This document shows, one piece after another, positions 26,507-35,526 of a stretch of 37,488 nucleotides of DNA; positions within the stretch are counted from its first letter, which is position 1, and each line of letters opens with the position of its first letter. Both the position numbers and the translations under genes were made by a program. This stretch comes from Thermoplasmata archaeon (lineage in GTDB: Archaea > Thermoplasmatota > Thermoplasmata > RBG-16-68-12 > JAFNFQ01): NCBI GenBank assembly GCA_041489255.1, contig JBGPQV010000024.1, forward strand, positions 1 to 37,488. The letters run 5' to 3'. The notes under the pieces were generated by a model that did no database searches, was not told the origin of the DNA, and was given only the letters and a program-made list of their open reading frames with translations.

Positions 26507-26543
26507 ACGAACATTCATCTACCCGCCATTTCTACCGCAATCC

Positions 26544-26957
26544 GTGGCGAGCAAACGCTATGAGCAGATTGCCCACACCGCTGACGTCGGGATTGCCGCA
26601 TACGGCAAGAGCATGAACGATCTCTTCGCGAATACCGCGGCCGGCATGTTCAGCCTCATCACCGACCTGAGGGGCGTCAGGACGGTCGGCGAGTACCATG
26701 TCAAGCTCAAGGCAGACACGCCCGAGGACCTGATGGTGGCATGGCTAAGTGAATTGCTGTATTTGCATGAGACACAGAGGCTGCTTTTCAAACGGTTCGA
26801 CGTGAAGGTAAAGAGGAACGCCTTGGATGCAAAGATAGACGGCGAGGTCATGGACAGGGGCAGGCACCACCTGCACATGGTCGTTAAGGCGGTTACCTAC
26901 CACATGATCGAGGTGAACCCTAGGAAGGGCATCGCGCGAGTGATATTCGACATCTGA
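26544..26957 (+). CDS. Archease
   Basis: HTADV..AYG, WLSELLY, VKAVTYH, terminal FDI. Confidence 0.95.
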   Translation: MASKRYEQIAHTADVGIAAYGKSMNDLFANTAAGMFSLITDLRGVRTVGEYHVKLKADTPEDLMVAWLSELLYLHETQRLLFKRFDVKVKRNALDAKIDGEVMDRGRHHLHMVVKAVTYHMIEVNPRKGIARVIFDI

Positions 26958-26965
26958 GGTGAGAA

Positions 26966-27706
26966 ATGCTCGAGGCCGTGACTTTCGACTGGTGGTTCAC
27001 GATCACCAACATGCCGGTCCAGTCGGATGAGTTCGCGAGGTGGGCGAAGGATTACAGGCTGAAAGGCATGGACGACATCCTGCGGGAGGCGGGGATGGAC
27101 ATCAGCCCGGAGAAGCTCTCCGATGCGTACGAGATGCTCTCCGGGCACCTGAAGGATGTATGGGACAGGGACATGGACCTCTCGGGCGAGGAGCAGATCG
27201 CGCTATTCCTTCAATACGCAGGCGCTGGGCGAATGGCCGACGGCGGCCTCATCGCGAGGCTCGGAGTGCCGTTCAGCAACGCCGTCCTCGACAGGCCGCC
27301 CGCGCTCAACCCGGGAGTCGTCGATTGCCTGTCGACCCTCAAGAGAGACGGCTACAAGATAGGGGTCATCTCGAACACGGGCCGCACGTGGGGCAGGGCC
27401 CTGATCGGGCTCCAGAAGAAGTATGGAATCCAGGACTTCTTCGATGTCCTTTCGTTTTCCGACGAGATCGGTGTGCGGAAGCCCCATCCGGCGATCTTCA
27501 AGAAGACCCTCGAGGGGCTGAAGCTGCCCGCCGAGAAGGTCCTCCATGTCGGCGACAATGTCTTGGATGATGTGAGCGGTGCGAAGAGCGTCGGCATGAG
27601 GGCTGTATGGTACAACACCGGCATATGGCCTGGCGCGAAGACGGACCAAGCTGACGCGGAGATACACCATTTCTCCGAGTTGCCCGCCATAGTCAGGAGG
27701 CTCTGA
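26966..27706 (+). CDS. HAD-superfamily hydrolase
   Basis: Motif I VTFDWWFT, II ISNT, III RKPHPAIF, IV HVGDNVLDDVSGA..GM. Confidence 0.9.
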   Translation: MLEAVTFDWWFTITNMPVQSDEFARWAKDYRLKGMDDILREAGMDISPEKLSDAYEMLSGHLKDVWDRDMDLSGEEQIALFLQYAGAGRMADGGLIARLGVPFSNAVLDRPPALNPGVVDCLSTLKRDGYKIGVISNTGRTWGRALIGLQKKYGIQDFFDVLSFSDEIGVRKPHPAIFKKTLEGLKLPAEKVLHVGDNVLDDVSGAKSVGMRAVWYNTGIWPGAKTDQADAEIHHFSELPAIVRRL

Positions 27707-27707
27707 G

Positions 27708-28673
27708 TTGTCGAGGAAGGCGTCAGCCAAAGCTCACCCGATCCAGGGTCTGATCAAATACCACGGGCTCAAGGACCCCCTGCTCAGGCTGCCGTACCAC
27801 GACTCCATATCGGTCTGCACAGCCCCGTTGATCACCCGCACGACGATCGAGTTCGGCGATTTCGAGAGGGACGATGCGGTCGTCGACGGCATGCCGCTCT
27901 CCGGCCACGAGATGCAAAGAGTCCTGGCGGTTGTTGACCCGGTGCGGGCGAAGGCGGGGATCCAAGACCGGTTCCGGATGGAATCGGTCAACGGCTTCCC
28001 GTCGAACGTGGGCCTCGGGGCTTCGGCGTCGGGTTTCGCCGCGCTCGCGCTCGCTGCGTGCGATGCGGCGGGACTGGACCGCAACCTCCAGGAAGTCTCC
28101 AAGCTCGCGAGGCGAGGGGCAGGCTCGGCCACCAGGGCGGTGACCGGCGCCTTCTCGAAATGGCGGATGGGCAATAGAGACGAGGACAGCTACGCGGAGC
28201 AGCTAGCGGGCGAGGACCTGCAGATGGGGATAATTGTCGCGCTAGTCCCCGCCTACAAACAGACAGAGACCGCTCACAGGGAGGTCCTCACCTCCCCGTT
28301 CTTCAGGGCACGCCTCGCGGAGATGCCTCGCTCGCTGATGGAGATGGAGCTCGCGATAAGGCAGCGGGATATAGGCAAGATCTGCACTCTCGCGGAGAGA
28401 GACACGCTCATGCTCCACGGCATCACGATGACCGGCGAGAGGGAGATGCTCCTGTGGCGGCCAGAGACCGTACAGGTCATGCTCAAGGTCAGGAAGCTGC
28501 GCGAGCAGAACGTCCCCGCATTCTTCTCGATCGACACGGGCGCGACGGTCTATGTGAACACTTTCCCCGATAGAGTCGAGGAGGTCGAGAGGGAGATACA
28601 GGAGCTGGGACTCGAGACCGTCAGGTGCTGGGTCGGCGGTCCGGCGAAGGTCACCGACGAACACCTGTTCTAG
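27708..28673 (+). CDS. mvaD: Phosphomevalonate decarboxylase, haloarchaeal type (GHMP family)
   Basis: AHPIQGLIKYHG..LPYHDSISVCTAP, GLGASASGFAAL, ARRGAGSATR, FSIDTGATVYVN; TTG start with AGGAGG upstream. Confidence 0.88.
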   Translation: MSRKASAKAHPIQGLIKYHGLKDPLLRLPYHDSISVCTAPLITRTTIEFGDFERDDAVVDGMPLSGHEMQRVLAVVDPVRAKAGIQDRFRMESVNGFPSNVGLGASASGFAALALAACDAAGLDRNLQEVSKLARRGAGSATRAVTGAFSKWRMGNRDEDSYAEQLAGEDLQMGIIVALVPAYKQTETAHREVLTSPFFRARLAEMPRSLMEMELAIRQRDIGKICTLAERDTLMLHGITMTGEREMLLWRPETVQVMLKVRKLREQNVPAFFSIDTGATVYVNTFPDRVEEVEREIQELGLETVRCWVGGPAKVTDEHLF

Positions 28674-28728
28674 CGTCGCGCGCGGCGCTACTGCTAGCTA
28701 TATTATCGACCGGCGGTTACCGCCAATC

Positions 28729-29364
28729 ATGCGTCTGGTCCTCCTCGGTCCACCGGGCTCAGGCAAGGGAACGCAAGCTGTGAGGATCGCACAGCACTTC
28801 AAGCTCCCTCACATCTCCACGGGGGACATCCTCAGGGATAACGTCTCCCGCAACACGGAGCTTGGGAAGAAGGCGAAGTCTTTCATGGACAAGGGTCTCC
28901 TCGTGCCCGACGAACTCGTCGTCGAGATGACGAAGCACAGGCTCGCTCAAAAAGACTCCCAGAAAGACTGGATCCTCGACGGCTTTCCCAGGACAGTCCC
29001 TCAGGCTGAGGCCCTGGACAAATTCGCACCGCCAGAGGTCGTCCTGAACCTGTTCATCGAGTCAGCTGAGCTCATTAAGAGGTCCGCGGGACGTCGCATC
29101 TGTGCAAAGTGCAAGGCCGTCTACAACATCCACTCCAACCCGCCTAGGGCGGAGGACGTCTGCGACAAGTGCGGCGCGGACCTGATGCAGAGAGACGACG
29201 ACAAGGAGGACGTGGTGAGGCACCGCATAGAGGTCTACGAGGAGCAGACGAGACCTCTGGTGAAGTTCTACACGCAGAAAGGCATCCTCCGCTCGGCGTA
29301 TTCGGCTGGAACAATCGACCAGGTCTTCGAGCGCACACTCGAAGCCCTGAAACACTCGCCGTGA
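28729..29364 (+). CDS. adk: Adenylate kinase (bacterial-type, zinc LID)
   Basis: GPPGSGKGTQA, HISTGDILR, LVPDE, LDGFPRT, CAKC..CDKC, QRDDD. Confidence 0.96.
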   Translation: MRLVLLGPPGSGKGTQAVRIAQHFKLPHISTGDILRDNVSRNTELGKKAKSFMDKGLLVPDELVVEMTKHRLAQKDSQKDWILDGFPRTVPQAEALDKFAPPEVVLNLFIESAELIKRSAGRRICAKCKAVYNIHSNPPRAEDVCDKCGADLMQRDDDKEDVVRHRIEVYEEQTRPLVKFYTQKGILRSAYSAGTIDQVFERTLEALKHSP

Positions 29365-29417
29365 GAAAGTCAGACAAGCTTTTATATTCGGAGACCAGGA
29401 TAGTTACTCGGCCCCTC

Positions 29418-29717
29418 ATGGATGAACTGTCCTGGAAAATAATCAACCTTGTCGCTAAGCGCGGTCATATAGGCGCGACCAGGGAGGACTTCTTCACCGA
29501 GGTCAGGGGACTCGTCTACGAGAGCCTCGAGAAGGCCCTGCTGTCGCTGGAGAGGGAAGACATCATCAAGATCGAATGGATGGGGCCGAACAAGTTCCTC
29601 GTCCAGATCACGGAGAAAGGGAGCAATCTGGTCAAGGACGAGTACGAGAAGCGGCTGGACGTCTACCGCAAGCGCATCGAGGAGCAGGCGGGGGTCGGCG
29701 GGCTGGAGAGGATCTAG
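29418..29717 (+). CDS. Small hypothetical protein, probable winged helix-turn-helix (99 aa)
   Basis: ATG about 30 nt after TTTTATA; host-like codon usage; LEKALLSLEREDIIKIEW..LVQITEKG resembles a wHTH wing. Confidence 0.65.
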   Translation: MDELSWKIINLVAKRGHIGATREDFFTEVRGLVYESLEKALLSLEREDIIKIEWMGPNKFLVQITEKGSNLVKDEYEKRLDVYRKRIEEQAGVGGLERI

Positions 29718-29718
29718 G

Positions 29719-30612
29719 CTACTTGTAGACCTGCTCCAACGCCTTCTCCTTCTCCCACTTCGACTTGACCCAGTCCTGGATCTTCTTGATGTCATCAGGC
29801 GTGAGGTGCTTGAACCTCCCCTGGGCCTTGATGTATTCCTCGACAGGGGAGAACTTCGGCGTGCGGTTGACCGTGTACTTGCCGTCCTCGTATTCCATGA
29901 GCGTCCAGATGCCCGTCTCCACCGCCATCCTCGCCAGCTCGACCATCTTGCTGGACTCCGCCTTCCACCCGGTCGGGCATGGGGCCAGGACCTGGAGGTA
30001 TCGGAACCCCTTCTTCGCCTTCGCCTTCTCCAGCTTCTTGATGAAATCGGTCGGGTAGGCGATGCTTGCTGTGGCGACGTACGGCACGTCGTGGGCCATC
30101 ATGATGCGGGGCACGTCCTTCTTGAACTCGACCTTGCCAGCGTGCACTGACCCGACCGGCGTCGTCGTCGTCCATGCGCCGAATGGCGTCGAACTTGACC
30201 TCTGTATGCCCGTGTTCATGTAGGCCTCGTTGTCGTACATGATGTAGATGATGTCCTCGTTCCTCTCCGCGGCGCCGCTCAGCGCCTGGAGGCCGATGTC
30301 CGCGGTCCCGCCATCTCCGGCGAAAGCGACCACGTTGACGTCGCTCTTGCCGAGCCTGTTCAACGCCCTCTTGATCCCGGCGGCGCACACCGCCGAGTTC
30401 TCGAACAGCACGTGCAGGAAGGGCACCTTGAACGCATTGTTCGGGTATGTAGAGGAGAATATCAGCATGCACGATGCCGGGTGGTACACCACAGTGTTGG
30501 GGCCGAAGACCTTCATCGCTATGCGCGCGACCATCGCGCCGCCGCAACCCGGGCAGGCCGTGTGGCCCGATGTGAAGTAGTCCTGGACCGGGAGTTCCTT
30601 CACCGTGGTCAT
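29719..30612 (-). CDS. porB: Pyruvate/2-oxoacid:ferredoxin oxidoreductase beta subunit
   Basis: GHTACPGCG, GDGGTADIG, YDNEAYMNTGIQRS, PCPTGW; ATGA overlap with porA. Confidence 0.93.
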   Translation of the reverse strand: MTTVKELPVQDYFTSGHTACPGCGGAMVARIAMKVFGPNTVVYHPASCMLIFSSTYPNNAFKVPFLHVLFENSAVCAAGIKRALNRLGKSDVNVVAFAGDGGTADIGLQALSGAAERNEDIIYIMYDNEAYMNTGIQRSSSTPFGAWTTTTPVGSVHAGKVEFKKDVPRIMMAHDVPYVATASIAYPTDFIKKLEKAKAKKGFRYLQVLAPCPTGWKAESSKMVELARMAVETGIWTLMEYEDGKYTVNRTPKFSPVEEYIKAQGRFKHLTPDDIKKIQDWVKSKWEKEKALEQVYK

Positions 30613-31811
30613 GGCTCGACCCCCCTGGTGCCGATCCAGCTGACATGCGGCATACCTTGACCCTTGGCCAGGCCGAGCAAGCTGTCGAACATCATGCCCA
30701 CGTTCTCCGGGGTCACGTCCCTCCCGCCGAGACCGGCGAGGAAGCCCGTGACGGGTATGTCCGTGTGCCCGTAGAGCGCGTGGCGTGTCTCGATCCACGA
30801 GGGACCGCCAGAACCGAAGGATATGGCCCTGTCATAGACCCCGAGCGCCTTCAATCCCTTCGTGGCCTCGATGAGCTCCCTGGCGGGGAACGGGCGGAAG
30901 AACCGCAGCTTGATCAGGCCGACTTTCTTCCCGTTCGCGCGGAAGCTGTCGACGACGTCCCTTGCGGTGCCCGTGACAGTGCCCAGGGTCATGAGCGCGA
31001 CTTCGGCGTCATCCATCCTGTAGGTGTCGATGAGCCCGCCGTAGTCCCGTCCGAACTTGTCGGCGAACTCCTCCGTGACCTCGCCGATGACTTCCCTCGC
31101 CGCCTGCATGCTCATCTCCGTCTGGTACCTCGCCTCCATTATGTACTCTGGCGGGGCGAAGCTGCCCACGACCATCGGGTCGCTGGGATCCAGATAGGCA
31201 TGCTTGGGCTTGTATGGCGGGAGGAAGGCGTCGACCATCTTCTGGTCCAGCAGGTCCACCGGCTCGACGGTGTGGCTGAGGATGAACGCGTCCAGGTTCA
31301 CCATGATTGGGAGCAGGACCCTCTCGTCCTCAGCGATCTTGTACGCCTGGATGACCATGTCGAGGACCTCCTGGTTGTCCTCGCAGTAGACCTGGAGCCA
31401 GCCGGTGTCCCTCTGGGGCATCGTGTCGTTGTGCTCGCACCAGATACCTATAGGCGCCGCGAGCGTGCGGTTGACGACCGGCATGACTATCGGCAGGTGC
31501 AGTCCGGCAGCGACGAACAAGGTCTCGTGCATCAGCGCGAGGCCCTGACTCGACGTCGCCGTGTACGTCCTGATGCCCGTGGCCTCGGCGGCAATGCACG
31601 CGCTCATCGCGCTGTGCTCGGATTCCACCGCCATGTAGTCGGCGTCGAGCTTCCCGTCCGCTATGAACTCAGACATGTGCTCGACAATGAACGTCTGCGG
31701 GGTGATCGGATACGCCGCGATCAACTTCGGCCTCGCGAGCAGCGCTCCGTGCGCCGCCGCATAATCGCCCGTCACGACCCTCTTCTCGGTCTGCGTCTTT
31801 GCCTGCATCAT
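30609..31811 (-). CDS. porA: Pyruvate/2-oxoacid:ferredoxin oxidoreductase alpha subunit
   Basis: [44 protein letters not shown]. Confidence 0.95.
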   Translation of the reverse strand: MMQAKTQTEKRVVTGDYAAAHGALLARPKLIAAYPITPQTFIVEHMSEFIADGKLDADYMAVESEHSAMSACIAAEATGIRTYTATSSQGLALMHETLFVAAGLHLPIVMPVVNRTLAAPIGIWCEHNDTMPQRDTGWLQVYCEDNQEVLDMVIQAYKIAEDERVLLPIMVNLDAFILSHTVEPVDLLDQKMVDAFLPPYKPKHAYLDPSDPMVVGSFAPPEYIMEARYQTEMSMQAAREVIGEVTEEFADKFGRDYGGLIDTYRMDDAEVALMTLGTVTGTARDVVDSFRANGKKVGLIKLRFFRPFPARELIEATKGLKALGVYDRAISFGSGGPSWIETRHALYGHTDIPVTGFLAGLGGRDVTPENVGMMFDSLLGLAKGQGMPHVSWIGTRGVEP

Positions 31812-32734
31812 GCCACCGCCTCCGAGGTGAGCTTCTCATCGACTTCCTCGGTCCTCACCCACTTCAGGGCCTTCGGCGCGCACACCTCGACACAGACCCC
31901 GCAGCCCTTGCAGTAGTCGTAGTTGACCGAGACATGCTTCTCGCCGCGGACGATCGCTCCGTCCGGGCAATAGAACCAGCAGATGAGGCAGTTGGTGCAC
32001 TTCGCGTCATCGAGGACGGGGGCGAATGTCCTCCAGCTCCCTGTCTTGTTGACGTCGAAGCTTCCCGGACCGACTCTCCCTGCTTCCGTCATCGTCACCC
32101 TGAGGCCGAGTGACAGCGGCAGTTCCTTGTAGTCGGGCAGCCACTTCTTCACCGGCTTGAACTTCCTCCCGCCGACGCTCATTCCGGCGGTCGTCTTTTC
32201 GAACGCCTTGCGGGCTGCGTCGGCGTTCTTCCTCCCGCCCTTCTCGCCCAAGCGGGCTCCGAAGACATCCATGATGCCCTTCTCGACAGACTCCAGCTTG
32301 ATCTGGCCCGTCGCCTTCGCGAACGCACCGAGGATCGCGCTATTCGTCACAGGGGCGCCGAGAACCTCCAACGCCACGCCGGTCGCGTCGACCGTCGCGC
32401 ATTTCACAGGGCGCTCGGTGACGATCTTCTCCGGCGGGAGAGGGGAGTTCACGACGAGCGTCCCGCCCTCCTTCAGTCCAGCCGTCACGTCCACGTAGCC
32501 CATCAGCTTGTCGTCAAGGACGACCACGTAGTCCGGCTTGTAGACCTGGGTCCTCTGCCTAATCTTCTTCGAATCTATTCTAGCGAACGCGAGGACAGGC
32601 GCCCCGCGCCTCTCCGCCCCGAAGAACGGGAAGGCCAGCGCGTGGTTGCCCTCACGGAATGCCGCGGCCGCGAGGGCCTGGGCCGCCATGACAGCGCCCT
32701 GACCACCACGACCATGAAAACGGACTTCGTACAT
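31808..32734 (-). CDS. porG/porD: Fused gamma-delta subunit of 2-oxoacid:ferredoxin oxidoreductase
   Basis: [21 protein letters not shown] (gamma), then [31 protein letters not shown] (delta, 2x4Fe-4S). Confidence 0.92.
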   Translation of the reverse strand: MYEVRFHGRGGQGAVMAAQALAAAAFREGNHALAFPFFGAERRGAPVLAFARIDSKKIRQRTQVYKPDYVVVLDDKLMGYVDVTAGLKEGGTLVVNSPLPPEKIVTERPVKCATVDATGVALEVLGAPVTNSAILGAFAKATGQIKLESVEKGIMDVFGARLGEKGGRKNADAARKAFEKTTAGMSVGGRKFKPVKKWLPDYKELPLSLGLRVTMTEAGRVGPGSFDVNKTGSWRTFAPVLDDAKCTNCLICWFYCPDGAIVRGEKHVSVNYDYCKGCGVCVEVCAPKALKWVRTEEVDEKLTSEAVA

Positions 32735-32937
32735 CTTACCACCGATTCAGGCGAAGCCACTCTGGATACCGGCATCAAGATTGAGTGTGTAGAATACTGT
32801 CAATACTTTCAGTGCCAGATTCCGTTCTCACCGGTAAGGATGGAGCGGCAGTTCAACCGGTGGGATCAATCGTGCAATTTCGCTTCCACGCGCGCGGCAT
32901 CGGGATATTCATGTCGCGAGGATCGTGAGGGCGGGCG

Positions 32938-33003
32938 GTGTCATCACTCGAAGGCGCTATCAACAACCGTCGGAGCGTGCGCGAGTTCACGAGAGAAGTT
33001 GTG
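32938..33003 (+). pseudogene. Possible remnant of a nitroreductase/SagB-family gene
   Basis: Short stretch SLEGAINNRRSVREF matches the FMN-binding RRSxRxF start of nitroreductases; similarity ends immediately afterwards. Confidence 0.4.
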
Positions 33004-33077
33004 GACCGCGACGCCAGACAAGCACGAGCTCGCCCCGGCGAAAGGGAATTAAAGAGCCGCCCTTTATGCCCTGACGC

Positions 33078-33151
33078 GCCCGAGTGGGGTAGCACGGATA
33101 TCCTAACAGGTTGCGGACCTGTTGACCCGGGTTCGAATCCCGGCTCGGGCG
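33078..33151 (+). tRNA. tRNA-Arg(GCG), intronless, CCA not encoded
   Basis: Acceptor GCCCGAG/CTCGGGC, anticodon stem ACAGG/CCTGT with loop TTGCGGA, T arm CCGGG-TTCGAAT-CCCGG; AATTAAA box about 25 nt upstream. Confidence 0.95.
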
Positions 33152-33364
33152 CTCTCAGTCAGGCGTACGCAGAGCATGAGAAGGGAGAATAAAGAATCGC
33201 TCAGTGCCGCGAACAAGGCGCATTCACAGAAAAGAGTCCGTCGGATGAGGGGCTTCGTGAAAGCAATGTTCGAATTTGCGAATCTCCTCTCCGTCGGTTG
33301 GTTTGTCTTCGCGAGTTGTGAGCGTTCCCCACTCGCGGCTTGAAGTATCGGCCTCCGGTCAAGG

Positions 33365-34633
33365 TTATTCGGTTCGGGATTTTCGAACAAGCAACAAGCT
33401 CCCCCGACTCTGTCCCCATCTTCTAATCATCTCGCGTGGCCACCCGAGCTGCCGGGCGATTCCTCCCAATCCGGAATCCTCTTTCGCGAAGCTCAACGGA
33501 TCGTCCCAACGCTTTTCGACGGATTCGAAGGGTATGTGGAAGGGACGTCGCTCTCGCCAGTCCCAGCCAATGAACAACGGGCCCAGAGCATCAGCATAGA
33601 AGGCGGTCGCTACGACAACGCCCCTTCTTTCGCCCCCACCAGAGAGCCATGAGGAGACGTTGTAAAGCGTGGGGCGTTTATCGCCGAGTCGCACGACGGA
33701 TTCATTGAGCCGTGACTCAGCTGGTTTCATGGTACGATCATACCGCTTTTCTCCACCGAGTTCTAGCCAGTCCATGTAGTGCGTGTGGCCGAATACGATT
33801 CCGACGTCCTTCGGGATCTCCTTGCCGCGACGGACGCTGGCCCACCATTTAACAAAGCCCTTCAGTGCCAAGTCCCGGTTGTATCGAAGTCCACCTAACA
33901 GACGCTGCGACCGCCAACCAAGTTTCATGTACAGCCGAGGGAACCATAACAGCGGAAGCACCAGCATCATGAGCCAGTCAACGGGCAGAGACGGGTAGAT
34001 GATGTACACGAGCAGGCTCGCAATCCACAGCGCGGCGAACACCCAAGCATAGTCCCCCAAGGCCGCGCCAGCCTGTCGTACCGGGGCGAGCAGGGGCCAG
34101 AACTCACCAATGCGGCCATGGAAAACCGGATCGAACTGGTGGCCGTGGATGAAGATGTAGTTGCGATCGCCGATTCGAAGTGGCTGGATCTCGCCGGTGT
34201 CGCTGGTCGGGTAGGCGTCCCCGACCACCGTAAGATTCTCCGCTCCGAGTGGGTACAGCCCCGTCAGCCCTTGGAGGATGTTGTCGTGGTTCCCAAGCAC
34301 GTATATCTTCTGACAGGGCACGCGCGACAGCACGGAACTCACGGTGGCCACGGAGAGGAGGACGGCCTGGTTCTCGGCCTCCCAAAGCTCCAAGATATCG
34401 CCAAGCAATATCAGCCGGTCCGGCCGGTGGAGCACGCGCGTGGTCAGGGCCTGACCGTCCCATATCTGCAGAGGATAGCCCCCCTCAGGCAGGGCGCTCA
34501 GCCAGCGAAAGAAATCTGCCAAGAGGAGCGGCCGCGCTCGATGGCCTTTGGGACCCCACTCACGGAGTCCGAGGTGAGTATCGCCAATGGCGTACACGAC
34601 AGGTTCTTTTGTGGGATCGACTGTCGCGCTCAT
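33365..34633 (-). CDS. Calcineurin-like metallophosphoesterase (LpxH-like) with internal TM hairpin
   Basis: GDTHLG, LGDILELW, GNHD, HGH, FGHTH; hydrophobic segments YAWVFAALWIASLLVYII and WLMMLVLPLLW. Confidence 0.85.
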   Translation of the reverse strand: MSATVDPTKEPVVYAIGDTHLGLREWGPKGHRARPLLLADFFRWLSALPEGGYPLQIWDGQALTTRVLHRPDRLILLGDILELWEAENQAVLLSVATVSSVLSRVPCQKIYVLGNHDNILQGLTGLYPLGAENLTVVGDAYPTSDTGEIQPLRIGDRNYIFIHGHQFDPVFHGRIGEFWPLLAPVRQAGAALGDYAWVFAALWIASLLVYIIYPSLPVDWLMMLVLPLLWFPRLYMKLGWRSQRLLGGLRYNRDLALKGFVKWWASVRRGKEIPKDVGIVFGHTHYMDWLELGGEKRYDRTMKPAESRLNESVVRLGDKRPTLYNVSSWLSGGGERRGVVVATAFYADALGPLFIGWDWRERRPFHIPFESVEKRWDDPLSFAKEDSGLGGIARQLGWPREMIRRWGQSRGSLLLVRKSRTE

Positions 34634-34658
34634 CCTCGAGGCCGAAAGCACGCTAGCA

Positions 34659-34670
34659 TTTTATAGATAA
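34659..34670. promoter_or_regulatory. Candidate bidirectional TATA element
   Basis: TTTTATAGATAA lies roughly midway in the 54-bp gap between two divergent start codons (34633 and 34688). Confidence 0.45.
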
Positions 34671-34687
34671 CGAATTCTGCCCGTCAC

Positions 34688-35422
34688 GTGCCCCCCGACA
34701 AGCGAATCGTGCCGATTCAAGACTTCGGATTGGGATTCAGTCGGGTCGAGGCCGTGCATTTCTGGATTGCCGTGGCGGTGATGACGTTCTCATTCGCGAT
34801 CGCCTACATCGGCGGCGCACGGAACCTCGTGGCCTACTTCCGACTCGGTGGCGGCCTTCTGGTCCTGCTCGTCCTCACCGGCTCCTTCGTCGCGGTCGTG
34901 ACCGCGTTCTTCCTCCACGAGCTTGCGCACAAAGCGGTTGCCCAGCGATACCGCTGCATTGCGGAATATCGCTACTCGCCCATGGGCCTCATCGTGGGGC
35001 TCGTCACCGCCTCCATCGGCTGGATGATCGCTGGGCCAGGGGCCACGGTAGTTTCCAGACGCATCACCCCCGAACACCAAGTGCGAATCAGCGCGGCGGG
35101 CCCTGTTGTGAACTTCGCCTTCGCGGCCGTGTTCATAGGCCTCTCGGTCGCGCTCGGCACGGCTCCCGGCCGGTTCAGGGAGCCCATACCGATCTTCATC
35201 GGCAACATTGCCTTCGTGAACCTGCTCCTCGCGGGGTTCAACCTCATTCCGGTTCCACCCGTCACCTTCCGTCGCAAGATCGCCGAGAGACTCCCTGTGA
35301 ATGTGAAGGTCACCGCGAGTGACGGATTCCTGATTCTGGTGTCCAGCAAGGCTGTGTGGGCCACAGCGGTCGCGGCACTCTTTGCACTGGGCATCGGGGG
35401 CTATATGCTCGCAGTCTTCTAG
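34688..35422 (+). CDS. Site-2 protease (peptidase M50) family membrane metalloprotease
   Basis: HELAH within a TM helix, ISAAGPVVN, FNLIPVPP..SDG. Confidence 0.85.
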   Translation: MPPDKRIVPIQDFGLGFSRVEAVHFWIAVAVMTFSFAIAYIGGARNLVAYFRLGGGLLVLLVLTGSFVAVVTAFFLHELAHKAVAQRYRCIAEYRYSPMGLIVGLVTASIGWMIAGPGATVVSRRITPEHQVRISAAGPVVNFAFAAVFIGLSVALGTAPGRFREPIPIFIGNIAFVNLLLAGFNLIPVPPVTFRRKIAERLPVNVKVTASDGFLILVSSKAVWATAVAALFALGIGGYMLAVF

Positions 35423-35526
35423 GTCGTATTGACCTCGCCGCCAAGTATCCCGTGCCGTTACAGTTGTCCATGTTCGCGATACACTGACCGGGGAACGTGC
35501 GTTGGGGATCGCTCATCTTTCGGAAA

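Noticed and set aside
30645-31916. Long antisense ORFs (30645..31916, also 136..1479, 13016..14017, 10633..11604, 22508..23386) and the same-strand alternate-frame ORF 8183..9220
   Set aside because: Shadow frames of well-supported genes in GC-rich DNA, with no recognisable motifs.
33078-33365. Integrated mobile element at tRNA-Arg
   Set aside because: No integrase, transposase, terminal repeats or att duplication is visible within the window.
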